DNA from: Bacteroidia bacterium
GTDB taxonomy: Bacteria > Bacteroidota > Bacteroidia > CAILMK01 > JACPUW01
Assembly: GCA_049115495.1 (NCBI GenBank)
Contig: JAGDZV010000001.1
Location: 528,131 to 592,130, forward strand
Reading direction: 5' to 3'
DNA length: 64,000 nucleotides
A model generated the notes under the pieces. It ran no database searches, was not told the origin of the DNA, and saw nothing but the letters and a program-made list of their open reading frames with translations. Position numbers and translations under genes: made by a program. Positions 47,739-59,026 of the stretch are shown piece after piece. Each line of letters starts with the position of its first letter. Position 1 is the first letter of the stretch.

Positions 47739-49258
47739 TTGTTCTTAAAAAGATAAGCCAAATATTCGCCCACTATTTCATTTACCACCAGTGTTTCTTC
47801 ATCTAGGGCTTTACCCATTTCTTTACCCAGACTTTGAGCAAAGTAGTTTAGATTATTAATTTCAATCTCATTCTTGGGGATTAACAACTTTTTAAGCCCA
47901 GTTTTTAACCCTTTTGGTAATACATAGCGTAAATAAGTATTTACTCCACCACTCTTAAAACGACTATCAAACCCGCCTGATTTAAAATCTATTTCTTGAG
48001 GTTTAAAAAGCTTTTCATTTAACACTTCAATATAAAGGGCTTTATCCCTTCGGTAAGCTGAAGGCACCATCTGCCAAAATTTGATAAAGTCTTTTTGCCA
48101 AAGGGGTAAATACCAATCGAAGCCAAAAAACTCGTATGCTCTTACCCCATTAATTATGTATTTGCTCTCTCGTTCCCTTAATATCCATTCTTCAAGGTGC
48201 GAATAAAACGCCCAGAAATCTTCAAATGTCTCATCTGAAGCTTCAATTTCTACTCCCCTACTGTATCCTTCTTTCAAGTATTCTTTTGGTGAAACCTTGT
48301 TTTTATACCATTTGCTTTCAAAAAACTTATCAGGTATAAAACTACCAGCCTGCACATCACCGCAAAAGCCAGGTAAAACAACACATTCCTCTGAATCAAG
48401 ATCTTGACTTAGTTGTTTCAACGCCCAATACTCTTGCTCTTGCGGTACGGAGCCAAATGCCGATGCATATTTACAATAATTCGAAAACTCGCCTAAATCG
48501 GTTTCTTCAAATAAATCCCTATTGTACTCAATTAGTCGCCAATCAACAGCTAGCTGCTCACATACTTTTTTAGCGGTTTGGGCTTCAAACCCTTCGGGCT
48601 GTCCATAAGTAAAGGCTAAAACATTATTGTAACCCTTGTTTTTCAATAAGGCCAAAATAAAACGAGAATCGTAGCCACCACTCAAAGGAACCAATGCCTT
48701 CTTTCCATTGAGGAGATCTACTATTTGCTCCCCCATCTTATCAATTATCTTGGCAAAGTCATCCTTGGCTTTTTCAATTGAAATAGGCTGCTCGTTTCTG
48801 AAATGATCGAAATAACTTATGCATTCTGCTCTGCCTTCGGATATCAATAAATATTCACCGGCTTGTAACTGCTTAACCTCCTTAAATAAAGATAAATTAG
48901 CTTGGAGAGCTTCTAACTTAGGTAAGTCGCCAAGAGTATTTTGATTAATGGCCAATTGACCAGTGGCACCCAAGGCATAAATGCAATTATGATCAAAAGC
49001 CAAAGGAATTGATCTGCAAATATCCACGGTTGCAATTAATTCGTTTTCCTTTTTAAAAATCAATGCAAAATTGCCATCAAAACCGCCAAGTATCTTTTTT
49101 AGCTTGTTTTTATTTCCTAAACTTTTTTCAATGATTCTTGATATTTCATTAAGCTCAAGTCTTACACCATTTTGAAAAACCCTACCCATAAAAAACAAAT
49201 TACCTGACTGTTGCCATAAGTTATTGGCTAAATGATCATTATAGAGGTGTAACTGCAT
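47735..49258 (-). CDS. asparagine-synthetase-B-family PP-loop protein lacking N-terminal catalytic Cys
   Basis: SGGYDSRF PP-loop and AsnB C-terminal synthetase-domain length. N-terminus MQLHLY has no Cys2, so no Ntn glutaminase nucleophile. Confidence 0.65.
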   Translation of the reverse strand: MQLHLYNDHLANNLWQQSGNLFFMGRVFQNGVRLELNEISRIIEKSLGNKNKLKKILGGFDGNFALIFKKENELIATVDICRSIPLAFDHNCIYALGATGQLAINQNTLGDLPKLEALQANLSLFKEVKQLQAGEYLLISEGRAECISYFDHFRNEQPISIEKAKDDFAKIIDKMGEQIVDLLNGKKALVPLSGGYDSRFILALLKNKGYNNVLAFTYGQPEGFEAQTAKKVCEQLAVDWRLIEYNRDLFEETDLGEFSNYCKYASAFGSVPQEQEYWALKQLSQDLDSEECVVLPGFCGDVQAGSFIPDKFFESKWYKNKVSPKEYLKEGYSRGVEIEASDETFEDFWAFYSHLEEWILRERESKYIINGVRAYEFFGFDWYLPLWQKDFIKFWQMVPSAYRRDKALYIEVLNEKLFKPQEIDFKSGGFDSRFKSGGVNTYLRYVLPKGLKTGLKKLLIPKNEIEINNLNYFAQSLGKEMGKALDEETLVVNEIVGEYLAYLFKNN

Positions 49259-49333
49259 TCTTGCCCAAAATTAAGTAAGGTAATTTCGCCTTTGGTTATT
49301 CGCTAAATCATTTTCTTTGCCCAAACGCCAAAA

Positions 49334-50704
49334 ATGCTTTTTAACTCATTAGAGTTTATCATATTGTTTTTACCGTTGGTGGTAATAGTTTACTACCAAC
49401 TCAACAAGCATTTGGGCAAAAAAAGCAGCATTTTATGGCTGGTTTTTGTGTCACTTATTTTTTATGGATATTGGAAACTGGCCTATCTACCCATTTTGAT
49501 ATGCTCTATTTTTTTCAACTATTTTTTTGGAAAGTATCTGTCTCAACGCAAAAGTAAAAACCTTTTAAGGGTTGGTGTTGGGGCCAACTTGCTGCTACTT
49601 GGCTATTTTAAATACACTAACTTTTTTATTGAAAACTTGAATTTGAGCTTGGGCCTGAATATATCAGCTCAAAACATTGTGCTTCCTTTAGCCATAAGTT
49701 TTTTCACTTTTCAGCAGATTGCCTTTTTGGTTGATTCATATTATGGTAAACTAAAAGATTACAATTTTGGCAATTATGCCTTGTTTGTGAGTTTTTTCCC
49801 GCAATTAATTGCAGGACCAATTGTGCATCATGGTGAAATGATGCCTCAATTTGCCAAGGCTTTTAAAGGCATTGATTTTGAAAAAACAGCAAAAGGGCTA
49901 TTCATTTTCTCTATTGGGCTTTTCAAAAAAGTTATGATAGCTGATAATCTTAGCCCATTTGTAAAAGAAGGGTTTGATGTATCAACTAGTCTAACCTTTA
50001 TTGATGCTTGGTTTACTTCATTAGCCTACACATTTCAGCTCTATTTTGATTTTAGCGGCTATACCGATATGGCTTGGGGAGCTGCGCTGCTGCTTGGCAT
50101 ACAGCTTCCACAAAATTTTGAAAGCCCTTATAAAGCGATATCAATAAGAGACTTTTGGCGAAGATGGCACATGACATTGAGCCGTTTTTTGCGTGATTAC
50201 TTGTATATACCGCTTGGCGGAAATCAAAAAGGTTTTTCAAGAACTTTGATTAACCTTTTTATTACGTTTTTAATTGGTGGTATTTGGCATGGCGCAGCTT
50301 GGACCTTTATTGCATGGGGGGCTTTGCATGGCCTAGCATTAGTTGTTGAAAGGCTTCTTTCAAAGGCTGGTTTTAGCATTAATAAATGGGTTTCCATTCC
50401 TGCTACTTTTCTATTTGTAAATATGGCCTGGATTTTCTTTAGAGCGCTAAGTTTTAGTGATGCTTGGAAAGTGCTAAATGGAATGTTTTCATCGGACTTT
50501 TCAGATCCGCAACTTGCTGATAGTAAAACAGCAATATTTTGGATAATAATAGCCGCAATTTTGTCATTTTTTGGTAAAAACAGCAACCAATACTTAAAGG
50601 ACTTTAAGGCAGATACTATGAACCTTATGATAGCTTTTACGCTTATGCTAATTGCTATTTTAAACTTGAATAAACTATCAGAATTCATTTATTTTCAATT
50701 TTGA
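49334..50704 (+). CDS. MBOAT-family membrane-bound O-acyltransferase (AlgI/DltB-like)
   Basis: Polytopic. Conserved MBOAT His within WRRWHMTLSRFLRDYLYIPLGG. 456 aa. Confidence 0.85.
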   Translation: MLFNSLEFIILFLPLVVIVYYQLNKHLGKKSSILWLVFVSLIFYGYWKLAYLPILICSIFFNYFFGKYLSQRKSKNLLRVGVGANLLLLGYFKYTNFFIENLNLSLGLNISAQNIVLPLAISFFTFQQIAFLVDSYYGKLKDYNFGNYALFVSFFPQLIAGPIVHHGEMMPQFAKAFKGIDFEKTAKGLFIFSIGLFKKVMIADNLSPFVKEGFDVSTSLTFIDAWFTSLAYTFQLYFDFSGYTDMAWGAALLLGIQLPQNFESPYKAISIRDFWRRWHMTLSRFLRDYLYIPLGGNQKGFSRTLINLFITFLIGGIWHGAAWTFIAWGALHGLALVVERLLSKAGFSINKWVSIPATFLFVNMAWIFFRALSFSDAWKVLNGMFSSDFSDPQLADSKTAIFWIIIAAILSFFGKNSNQYLKDFKADTMNLMIAFTLMLIAILNLNKLSEFIYFQF

Positions 50705-51628
50705 ATGAGCCAAAAAACCTTTACATATCGTCTGATTTTAATGGTAGCAACGGTTCTTCTAATTGTGCTGATTTTTAACACGTTAATGGATTCGAGATGG
50801 GTATTTGGCATTGATCATAAACTAAATCAAAAGCGTCCGGCATTTGATGAAAGAAGTCAGAAAACAAATTACCTAGTTAGCCAAAAACCTACTTTCAATA
50901 ATCTGATATTAGGTAGCAGCCGTGCCTCTTATTTGCCAACTAAAACTTTAAAAGGAAAATGGTTTAACTACGCCGTAAGTGGTATGTATCCTGATGAGTA
51001 TTTAGGTTATGCAAAAATTGCCCAAGATTATTCTGAAAACCACAGGCTTGACACCATTATTATTGGTTTAGACTTTTGGGCAACCTGCCAATGCGCCATA
51101 GTATCATATAAATCTCCTAACAAAGTTTTAGATGACTCAAAATCATGGTTAAACCAAATCACCAATTTATTAAGTAAAGATGCTTTGCATGAAAGCCTAA
51201 GAACCTTTCATTTGAATAAAGGCAGTTTTGAATACGAAGCATTTTATAAATTACCCTATTTAGAAAAAAATAGGACACAGGGCTCAGACTCATTAAAAAC
51301 CATAAAGATAAAAGAACAACTCTGGTACTATCAAAAAGACGTTTTTGGCGATGAATACAATTTCAATCCAGATTATTTAGTGCCCCTAGAAGAGCTAATT
51401 TCAAGTTTTCCAAATACTCACTTCATCATTTTTACTTCACCGGTAAGTCCAAAACTTAGTACACTTCAAAATATGCTCGGAAGGCAAGCAGATAGACAAA
51501 ACTGGCACCACCAAATTAAAAAACTGAATGCTGAGCTAATCATTATTGAAAAAGATAAATTCAACAACAGTATGTTTTTTGACGCTCATCATTTGAGACC
51601 AGAATTTTTCAAATTGATCTTTGAATAA
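50705..51628 (+). CDS. DltD/AlgJ-like SGNH-fold partner protein of the MBOAT
   Basis: N-terminal TM anchor. LILGSSRASY (block I Ser) and C-terminal FFDAHHL (block V Asp/His). Start abuts the MBOAT stop. Confidence 0.5.
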   Translation: MSQKTFTYRLILMVATVLLIVLIFNTLMDSRWVFGIDHKLNQKRPAFDERSQKTNYLVSQKPTFNNLILGSSRASYLPTKTLKGKWFNYAVSGMYPDEYLGYAKIAQDYSENHRLDTIIIGLDFWATCQCAIVSYKSPNKVLDDSKSWLNQITNLLSKDALHESLRTFHLNKGSFEYEAFYKLPYLEKNRTQGSDSLKTIKIKEQLWYYQKDVFGDEYNFNPDYLVPLEELISSFPNTHFIIFTSPVSPKLSTLQNMLGRQADRQNWHHQIKKLNAELIIIEKDKFNNSMFFDAHHLRPEFFKLIFE

Positions 51629-51747
51629 GACATAAATTCTCCATATTTAAAATTGATAAAATTCTAGTCTAAAAGGCATTTTCAATGCAACTTCTGTCTA
51701 GTTCTTCGGTTTAATTTTACAATGAATACCAACTTAACCGAAGAAAA

Positions 51748-52395
51748 ATGAAACCTGAAAAAAACACATGGTTTGTAATTAAAACAGCATTTCTATCAAT
51801 GCTATTTTTTTTGGCCATGGCTTTTACTTTTAATAACCCACCAGTTACAAAAACACAAACTTTACAGTTTGATATTGTTGCTTTTGATAAAGTATTAGGG
51901 CAATTGGATGTAATGAAAGTAAGCTATGATAATAACATCTATTACAGTAGCAAAACCAAGGTGAGTTTTGATGTTGTAAAGGAATTTGAAGTACTTTTTG
52001 ACTTTAATGTAAATTTTGCGGAAAAAAGAATGCAAAACTCATCCATTAAGGCTAGCATAAACGGTGATGTTTACGCAAACACCGAGACAAAAAAACAGGG
52101 TAAAGAGCATTATTTTGTATTTAAGGATGGTGAGAAACAAAAAGAGCTGATTGAAAAAATTGAATTTGCTACTGTGCAACTTTACTTTGATGAGCCTACT
52201 AATATTACCCGCTGCTATGCTGAACAACAAGGTAGTTTCAATACAATAACAAAGATTGACGAGCACGTTTATAAGATGCGAAACGAAAAAGGGCGGGAAA
52301 ACAAATACTATTATAAAAATGGGAAACTCAAAAAAGCGGTTATTGATTCAGGCTTAAAAGAATTTGAGATTGTAGCTAGGGAGCAGATTCAGTAG
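51748..52395 (+). CDS. hypothetical secreted/membrane-anchored protein
   Basis: N-terminal hydrophobic segment. No family recognised. Confidence 0.35.
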   Translation: MKPEKNTWFVIKTAFLSMLFFLAMAFTFNNPPVTKTQTLQFDIVAFDKVLGQLDVMKVSYDNNIYYSSKTKVSFDVVKEFEVLFDFNVNFAEKRMQNSSIKASINGDVYANTETKKQGKEHYFVFKDGEKQKELIEKIEFATVQLYFDEPTNITRCYAEQQGSFNTITKIDEHVYKMRNEKGRENKYYYKNGKLKKAVIDSGLKEFEIVAREQIQ

Positions 52396-52519
52396 ATTGT
52401 TTCAATCAATGCGCGTGTTTAGACTCTGGCAATCAGCCTTTTGCCAGTTTCCTAGTGTACTTTATTTTTAATACTAAATTCAGTATTAGCCTGGGTAAAT
52501 GAAGCATTTGGTCCAATAT

Positions 52520-52804
52520 TTAAGTCAATTTTTTCACAATTGCCCTTAATGGAGTTTTTAAATCTCTTAACTCATTTTTATCAAAATCGGAATCAACTTT
52601 AATCGAAACGATTGGTCCTTTTCTAACTCCTGAAACTGTTAAAATAGACTCAAGAGCTATTACCTCAGAAGACACTTTTCTACCATTTAGCTGAAACTCC
52701 AACCAGAAACCTTTTTCTAAAAATCCAGACATGTCTTCACATTCTAGAACGATTCTTTGATCTCTAATAATTGAGCGAATCACTACTTCGCCAACGTTTT
52801 TCAT
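52520..52804 (-). CDS. small PilZ-like domain protein (tentative)
   Basis: RSIIR (RxxxR) followed by a DMSGF block reminiscent of the PilZ c-di-GMP motifs. 94 aa. Confidence 0.35.
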   Translation of the reverse strand: MKNVGEVVIRSIIRDQRIVLECEDMSGFLEKGFWLEFQLNGRKVSSEVIALESILTVSGVRKGPIVSIKVDSDFDKNELRDLKTPLRAIVKKLT

Positions 52805-53003
52805 TTCAAAGAGTTAACATTAATTTTAAGATACGAAATTAGTCTTATTTAGCCCTCTGGAATTTACCTTTAGTCAATCTGTACTACAATTGGGATAAAT
52901 CAAAAACTTGCCTATTCCATGGTTAAAACAAGAAGTTTATTTTCTTCAATGATATGGGATGTGGGACGTTTTAGAAACGTCTGACGTCATAAAAATTAAA
53001 GCA

Positions 53004-53040
53004 CAAAAAAGCCCCGAACCAATTAAGTTTCGGGGCTTTC
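53004..53040 (-). terminator. rho-independent terminator of dnaK (minus strand)
   Basis: On minus strand aagccccgaa-N11-ttcggggctt followed by TTTTGTG. Confidence 0.6.
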
Positions 53041-53059
53041 AATTTTATATAAGTAAGAA

Positions 53060-54976
53060 TTACTTCTTGTCGTCTACTTCTTCGTAATCAACATCGGTAA
53101 CTTCATCTTCACCAGCTGCATCAGCACCTGCTCCAGCATCGGCTCCTGCGGCACCGCCAGCATTTTGAGCATCTTGTTGCGCTTGGTAAATGTGTTGAGA
53201 AGCTGCTTGCCATACTTCATTCAATTTAGCCATGTGAGTTTCTATACCTTCCATGTCTTGCTTCGAATGAGCTTCTTTCAAGTCTTTCACGGCTTCTTCA
53301 ATCTTACCTTTTTCTTCTTCAGGCAATTTATCGCCAAACTCGCTTAATTGCTTTTCAGTTTGGAAAACCAATGAATCCGCTTGATTTAGTTTCTCAACTT
53401 TTTCTTTAGCTTCTTTGTCTGCTGCTGCGTTTGCTTCAGCTTCGTCTTTCATTCTTTGAATTTCTTCATCACTTAGGCCTGAAGAAGCTTCAATTTTAAT
53501 TGACTGCTCTTTTCCTGTACCTTTATCTTTAGCTGACACATTAAGAATACCATTGGCATCTAAATCAAAAGTTACTTCAATTTGTGGCACTCCCCTTGGC
53601 GCAGGTGGAATATCATTTAATTGAAAACGACCAATTGATTTGTTCTGGTTGGCCATTGGACGCTCACCTTGCAATACATGAATATCTACTGCAGGCTGAT
53701 TATCACTAGCTGTTGAGAACACTTCTGACTTTTTAGTTGGAATGGTAGTGTTTGCCGGTATTAAAGTGGTCATTACACTTCCCATGGTTTCAATTCCTAG
53801 TGTAAGTGGAGTTACATCTAAAAGAAGTACATCTTTTACTTCTCCTGTAAACACACCACCTTGAATTGAAGCACCAATAGCAACTACCTCATCTGGGTTT
53901 ACACCTTTACTTGGCTCTTTACCAAAGTATTTCTTTACTTCTTCAACCACTTTTGGTATACGAGTAGAACCACCAACAAGCAAAACAACATCAATATCAG
54001 AAGGCTGTAAACCAGCATCTTTCATTGCTTTGCGAGTAGGATCAATACTGCGTTGAATAAGGGTATCTGCTAATTGCTCAAATTTGGCTCTAGATATTTT
54101 TGTTACCAAGTGCTTTGGCATGTTATCAATTGCCATTATGTATGGCAAGTTGATTTCTGTTTCAGTTGAACTTGATAATTCAACTTTAGCTTTTTCAGCA
54201 GCTTCTTTTAATCTCTGAAGTGCCATTGGATCTTTTCTAAGATCCACATTTTCTTGATTGATGAACTCTTGAGCTAAGAAATCAATGATTACTTTGTCAA
54301 AATCGTCACCACCAAGGTGAGTATCTCCACTTGTTGAAAGCACTTCAAATACACCATCGCCTAATTCTAGTATTGAGATATCGAAAGTACCACCACCAAG
54401 GTCGTATACTGCTATTTTTTGATCTTCGCCTTTTTTATCAAGGCCATAAGCCAATGCCGCTGCAGTAGGCTCATTGATAATACGTTTTACATTAAGACCA
54501 GAGATTTCGCCAGCTTCTTTTGTAGCTTGACGCTGAGCATCGTTAAAGTAGGCAGGAACTGTTACTACAGCTTCTGTTACTTCTTGGCCCAAATATTCTT
54601 CGGCTGTTTTCTTCATTTTTTGAAGCACTCTTGCCGAAAGCTCTTGTGGTGTGTATTGTTTACCGTTTACGTTTACTCTTACGGTGTCGTTGCTACCTTG
54701 CTCTACATTGTAGCTCACTTGCTCTAGCTCTCCTTTTACTTCAGAGTATTTTCTACCCATAAAACGCTTTACAGAAGCGATTGTATTTACCGGGTTAATA
54801 ATAGCCTGACGTTTTGCAGGGTCCCCAACTTTTACTTCGCCGCTATCTAAGAAAGCTACTACTGAAGGAGTGGTTCTTTTTCCTTCACTGTTTTGGATTA
54901 CCACCGGTTGGTTACCTTCCATTACGGCAACGCAAGAGTTAGTGGTACCGAGGTCTATTCCTATAACTTTTCCCAT
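53060..54976 (-). CDS. dnaK: molecular chaperone DnaK (Hsp70)
   Basis: [23 protein letters not shown]-terminal acidic tail. 638 aa. Confidence 0.95.
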   Translation of the reverse strand: MGKVIGIDLGTTNSCVAVMEGNQPVVIQNSEGKRTTPSVVAFLDSGEVKVGDPAKRQAIINPVNTIASVKRFMGRKYSEVKGELEQVSYNVEQGSNDTVRVNVNGKQYTPQELSARVLQKMKKTAEEYLGQEVTEAVVTVPAYFNDAQRQATKEAGEISGLNVKRIINEPTAAALAYGLDKKGEDQKIAVYDLGGGTFDISILELGDGVFEVLSTSGDTHLGGDDFDKVIIDFLAQEFINQENVDLRKDPMALQRLKEAAEKAKVELSSSTETEINLPYIMAIDNMPKHLVTKISRAKFEQLADTLIQRSIDPTRKAMKDAGLQPSDIDVVLLVGGSTRIPKVVEEVKKYFGKEPSKGVNPDEVVAIGASIQGGVFTGEVKDVLLLDVTPLTLGIETMGSVMTTLIPANTTIPTKKSEVFSTASDNQPAVDIHVLQGERPMANQNKSIGRFQLNDIPPAPRGVPQIEVTFDLDANGILNVSAKDKGTGKEQSIKIEASSGLSDEEIQRMKDEAEANAAADKEAKEKVEKLNQADSLVFQTEKQLSEFGDKLPEEEKGKIEEAVKDLKEAHSKQDMEGIETHMAKLNEVWQAASQHIYQAQQDAQNAGGAAGADAGAGADAAGEDEVTDVDYEEVDDKK

Positions 54977-55079
54977 GATTATTTAAATATTTTAATCTTC
55001 AACAAATTATTTGACATGCCAATTGGCAAGCTATATGCCAAATGGTTTGTTGACAGCATGCGATGTCAAAAAGACAGGC

Positions 55080-56096
55080 TTATCTGACAAAGCCTAAATT
55101 AGCTGTCTTTTCGCCTTTTACTAACTGAACTTCTGTACAAACGTCAAACGGAAAGCTGACGCTCTGTGTAATTCTAGAAGAGAATAAACCTAAGCCATTT
55201 TCAATGTTGGTATACTCAGGCCTTTTTTGAACTATGCCAATTGATGGCTCATTCACATTTATGTAATCATAAAGCTCTTGCCCTCCCCCATGAAAAACGA
55301 ATTCCATAGTTAAAGGTAGCCTAACGGTGTGTTCATCTGATAAAGGCTCGAGTCTAAGCGCCACGTAATCGTAAAACTCCTCGCCTTCTATTCTCTGAGA
55401 AATTTTTGCGCCGCCATTATCATTTGATGCCCTTAAGCTTCTACCAATTATCCAATTTAACTCTTTTACGGTTGTATCATTATTTAAAGTGTCAATTTCG
55501 GCATAGTGAAAAATAGCATCGAAATCGTAAAACTTTACTTTTCTACCTGAGAAGATTTCCATACTTCTATCAATGTAAGCGATTAGGTTTCGTTCTCTAT
55601 CGCAAGTAGCAAAACTCATTTTTGTAAGAGAAGAAATAGGAGAACGAATGGTTCCTTCTTTTGCAATGCTTATAGATGAGCTCATGAAATAACCTGTACG
55701 TGTGTTTTCAATTTCAAGCTTAAAGGGCCTTGACTCATTAATTTTATAACCCACTGGTGTGCGATAAACCCATTGGTCTGGGGCCGCAAAAACACCTTCA
55801 TCTTTACCTGACAACCTTACTCGGTTTAGTGGAATAATCTCTTGTCCTTCAATTAACCTGGCACTTATATCATCATCATCAAAATAAAGGGAGTCTTCTA
55901 TCTGCGCAATTTCATTGGCGTCTACATCATCATTTAAATAAAGTCTGTTTAGTTTGAGATATTGAACACTATCATCTTTATCCAAAATCATATAGGCCAA
56001 ACCTATTTCTTTCCAATTGGCATTAACTTCAAAATCAGTTTCGCAACTGGTAAAGCCAATAATTGATGAAATAATTAAAATAAAAGCGATTAAACG
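55080..56096 (-). CDS. hypothetical lipoprotein (possibly DUF4249-like)
   Basis: Lipobox GFTSC from internal Met (MRLIAFIL); the ORF-track start 56132 is probably too long. Family assignment is uncertain. Confidence 0.35.
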   Translation of the reverse strand, partial: RLIAFILIISSIIGFTSCETDFEVNANWKEIGLAYMILDKDDSVQYLKLNRLYLNDDVDANEIAQIEDSLYFDDDDISARLIEGQEIIPLNRVRLSGKDEGVFAAPDQWVYRTPVGYKINESRPFKLEIENTRTGYFMSSSISIAKEGTIRSPISSLTKMSFATCDRERNLIAYIDRSMEIFSGRKVKFYDFDAIFHYAEIDTLNNDTTVKELNWIIGRSLRASNDNGGAKISQRIEGEEFYDYVALRLEPLSDEHTVRLPLTMEFVFHGGGQELYDYINVNEPSIGIVQKRPEYTNIENGLGLFSSRITQSVSFPFDVCTEVQLVKGEKTANLGFVR

Positions 56097-56236
56097 CATA
56101 TTGGGAGTTTGCTTTATCAAAATATTTGGCAAAAATAAACCGTAATAAAGGTTACAACAGTTTTACTTCATAATTGGTGAAAGATTAAGAAATTGTAAGA
56201 TTAAACACCAATACTACATTTGCCAAAAATTATGTA

Positions 56237-57055
56237 ATGAGCGTACACAACGAAAATTACAAAAGAATTACAACGCACGTACTTCATTCAATGAAGCTGA
56301 AAGGCGAAAAAATTAGCATGCTTACCGCTTATGATTACACATTAGCCAAAATTGTAGATAGCGCGGGAATTGATGTAATTTTAGTTGGCGACTCAGCAAG
56401 TAATGTTATGGCGGGCCATGAAACAACTTTGCCAATTACACTTGATCACATGATTTACCATGCTTCTTCAGTTGTAAGAGCTGTGGAGCGCTCACTAATA
56501 GTTGTTGATTTGCCTTTTGGATCATACCAAGGAAACTCAAAAATTGCGCTTGACTCTTCGATTCGAATTATGAAAGAATCTGGTGCTCATGCTGTAAAAC
56601 TTGAAGGTGGTGTTGAAATTAAAGAGTCAATTACTAGAATTCTTTCTGCTGGTGTGCCTGTAATGGGTCACTTGGGATTAACACCACAAAGTATATACAA
56701 ATTTGGCACCTACACCGTAAGGGCAAAAGAAGAAGCCGAAGCTGAAAAACTAATTGAAGATGCCCTGCTGCTTGAAGAATTGGGCTGCTTTGCATTGGTG
56801 CTTGAAAAAATACCAGCGCATTTGGCTAAAAAAGTTTCAGAAAAACTAACCATACCTACCATTGGTATTGGAGCCGGTGGCGATGTAGACGGACAGGTTT
56901 TGGTTTTACATGATATGCTTGGGCTTAATAAAAACTTTAGTCCTCGTTTTTTAAGACGATACCTAAACCTTTACGATGAAGTTACTGGTGCGGTTCAAGG
57001 CTACATTAATGATGTAAAAAGCAGAGATTTTCCTAACGATCAGGAGCAGTATTAA
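56237..57055 (+). CDS. panB: 3-methyl-2-oxobutanoate hydroxymethyltransferase
   Basis: MLTAYDY…LVGDS…, KLEGG motifs. 272 aa. Confidence 0.9.
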   Translation: MSVHNENYKRITTHVLHSMKLKGEKISMLTAYDYTLAKIVDSAGIDVILVGDSASNVMAGHETTLPITLDHMIYHASSVVRAVERSLIVVDLPFGSYQGNSKIALDSSIRIMKESGAHAVKLEGGVEIKESITRILSAGVPVMGHLGLTPQSIYKFGTYTVRAKEEAEAEKLIEDALLLEELGCFALVLEKIPAHLAKKVSEKLTIPTIGIGAGGDVDGQVLVLHDMLGLNKNFSPRFLRRYLNLYDEVTGAVQGYINDVKSRDFPNDQEQY

Positions 57056-57741
57056 TGCCGATTACTGATAATGATGTTTTGTTTGAAGACAATCATCTTA
57101 TTGCAATTCATAAACCCGTAGGTATTTTAAGCCAAGGAGATAAAACGGGTGACTCTTCTATTATTGAATTGCTAAAACGGTACATAAAAGATAAATACAA
57201 TAAACCTGGCAATGTTTACGTGGCTCCACTTCATAGATTAGATAGGCCGGTGCAAGGCGTGTTACTCTTCGCCAAAACAAGTAAAGCCGCCGAAAGAATG
57301 AATAAGGCTTTTAAAGAGAATAGGGTTAATAAAACCTATTGGGCAATTGTAGAAGGCCAAGTGAAAAATAAAACCGGAACTATTATTTCATTCCTAAATA
57401 AGAATTCAAAAACAAATATTGTTTCTTCTTTTAAAAACCAAAAACCAAACTCTAAAGAAGCTAGAACCACTTTTAGACAGCTTAATAGCCGAAAACACGG
57501 AAGCTTAATTGAGTTAAAACCAATTACTGGTAGGTCTCATCAACTACGGGTGCATTGCGCTTCTGAAATTGGTAACCCAATTTATGGTGACATAAAGTAT
57601 GGGTCAAAACATAAAACATCAAATCGATCGCTATACCTTCTTTCTAGAAGTATTGAATTCACGCATCCGGTAACAAAAAGTGAGATTCAAATTTTAAGCA
57701 ATGAACCCAACCATGGGCTCTGGAAAGATTTTATAGATTGA
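57055..57741 (+). CDS. RluA-family pseudouridine synthase
   Basis: IHKPVGI and HRLDRPVQGVLLFAK motifs. Start overlaps the panB stop. Confidence 0.8.
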   Translation: MPITDNDVLFEDNHLIAIHKPVGILSQGDKTGDSSIIELLKRYIKDKYNKPGNVYVAPLHRLDRPVQGVLLFAKTSKAAERMNKAFKENRVNKTYWAIVEGQVKNKTGTIISFLNKNSKTNIVSSFKNQKPNSKEARTTFRQLNSRKHGSLIELKPITGRSHQLRVHCASEIGNPIYGDIKYGSKHKTSNRSLYLLSRSIEFTHPVTKSEIQILSNEPNHGLWKDFID

Positions 57742-57809
57742 CATTTTGTTGATCTCAAGTTTTTATTAAAGCTTGTAATCTATTATTTTTACTAAGTAAA
57801 AGACAGGTA

Positions 57810-58202
57810 ATGAGTAGGTTGACAATTTTATTTATCGGTATTTATTTAACAATGTTATGCTCTTGTGGTGGCGGCAATGAACTTAAATCATTGATTTCAA
57901 ACACACAAGAAATAGAATTAAAGCGAGTTGACACTGCTGGAGCTGTGCTTAGCAGAATTACCATATCTGATAAAAAAGAAATTAAAGAACTGCTTTCAGT
58001 AGTTTCTAATGCTGAAGCTCCTTCATATAAATGTGGACATGACTACGAAATTCAATGCAAGCTAAATGACAACAATTTTGTTGCTATTGACCTTAATTCT
58101 GATGACATTTGCTCCATGGCATCGTTCATTTATAAGGATGAATTGATGTTTAGGTATTTAAATAAGGAGAAATTAGAATTACTTAAAAGTAAATTGAATT
58201 AA
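57810..58202 (+). CDS. hypothetical lipoprotein
   Basis: Lipobox MLCSC. No family recognised. Confidence 0.35.
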   Translation: MSRLTILFIGIYLTMLCSCGGGNELKSLISNTQEIELKRVDTAGAVLSRITISDKKEIKELLSVVSNAEAPSYKCGHDYEIQCKLNDNNFVAIDLNSDDICSMASFIYKDELMFRYLNKEKLELLKSKLN

Positions 58203-58204
58203 GG

Positions 58205-59017
58205 ATGAGATTGAATTCATTAAAAGTTACTGTACTTTTTATAATTGCTGCAGCCGTTTTGTCGTGCGATGCTTTAAAATCTGGCGTTAATAGTGTAAAC
58301 ATTTTCCCAATAAGCCAAGACAAACAGCTTGGCCTGCAAGTAAAGGCTGAAATAGCTTCGAAGCCAAATGAATACAAACTCCTTGAGAGAAGTAAGCACA
58401 AGGCAGCTTATAAGCATCTTGACAGAATGATGACAACCATTTTAAATTCTGGACAAGTAAAATATAAAGATGAATTTGCTTGGGAAGCTTATTTGGTTCA
58501 TGACGATAACGTTCTAAATGCATTTTGTACTCCCGGCGGCTATATTTATGTATATACCGGACTTATAAAGTATTTGGATAATGAGAGTGATTTGGCCGGA
58601 GTATTAGGACATGAAATTGCACATGCCGATAGAAGACATTCAACAGCGCAATTGACCAAATTATATGGTGTAGAAATTCTATCGTCAATAGCTTTAGGAG
58701 AAAATAGTGGAACAACCATAGCTCAAGTAGCCAAAAGCTTGGCTTCTTTAAAGTTTAGTAGAAGCCATGAGACTGATGCTGATGCCAACTCTGTAAAGTA
58801 TTTATGCCCTACTGAATATGAAGCCGATGGCGCTGCTGGTTTTTTTCAAAAACTCTTAGACAACCAACAGGCTGGTGGCACTCCTGAGTTTTTAAGTACG
58901 CACCCAAGCCCTGCAAATAGAGTTGAAAAAATTAAAGCCGAAAAAATAGAGCGCTCATGCTCTGGTGGTAAAACATTTGATACTAGATACAAAGAATTTC
59001 AAAACGCTTTACCTTAG
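58205..59017 (+). CDS. M48-family zinc metallopeptidase
   Basis: HEIAHADRRH (HExxH) plus downstream Glu-containing block. Signal peptide. Confidence 0.8.
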   Translation: MRLNSLKVTVLFIIAAAVLSCDALKSGVNSVNIFPISQDKQLGLQVKAEIASKPNEYKLLERSKHKAAYKHLDRMMTTILNSGQVKYKDEFAWEAYLVHDDNVLNAFCTPGGYIYVYTGLIKYLDNESDLAGVLGHEIAHADRRHSTAQLTKLYGVEILSSIALGENSGTTIAQVAKSLASLKFSRSHETDADANSVKYLCPTEYEADGAAGFFQKLLDNQQAGGTPEFLSTHPSPANRVEKIKAEKIERSCSGGKTFDTRYKEFQNALP

Positions 59018-59026
59018 GCTTTTTTT

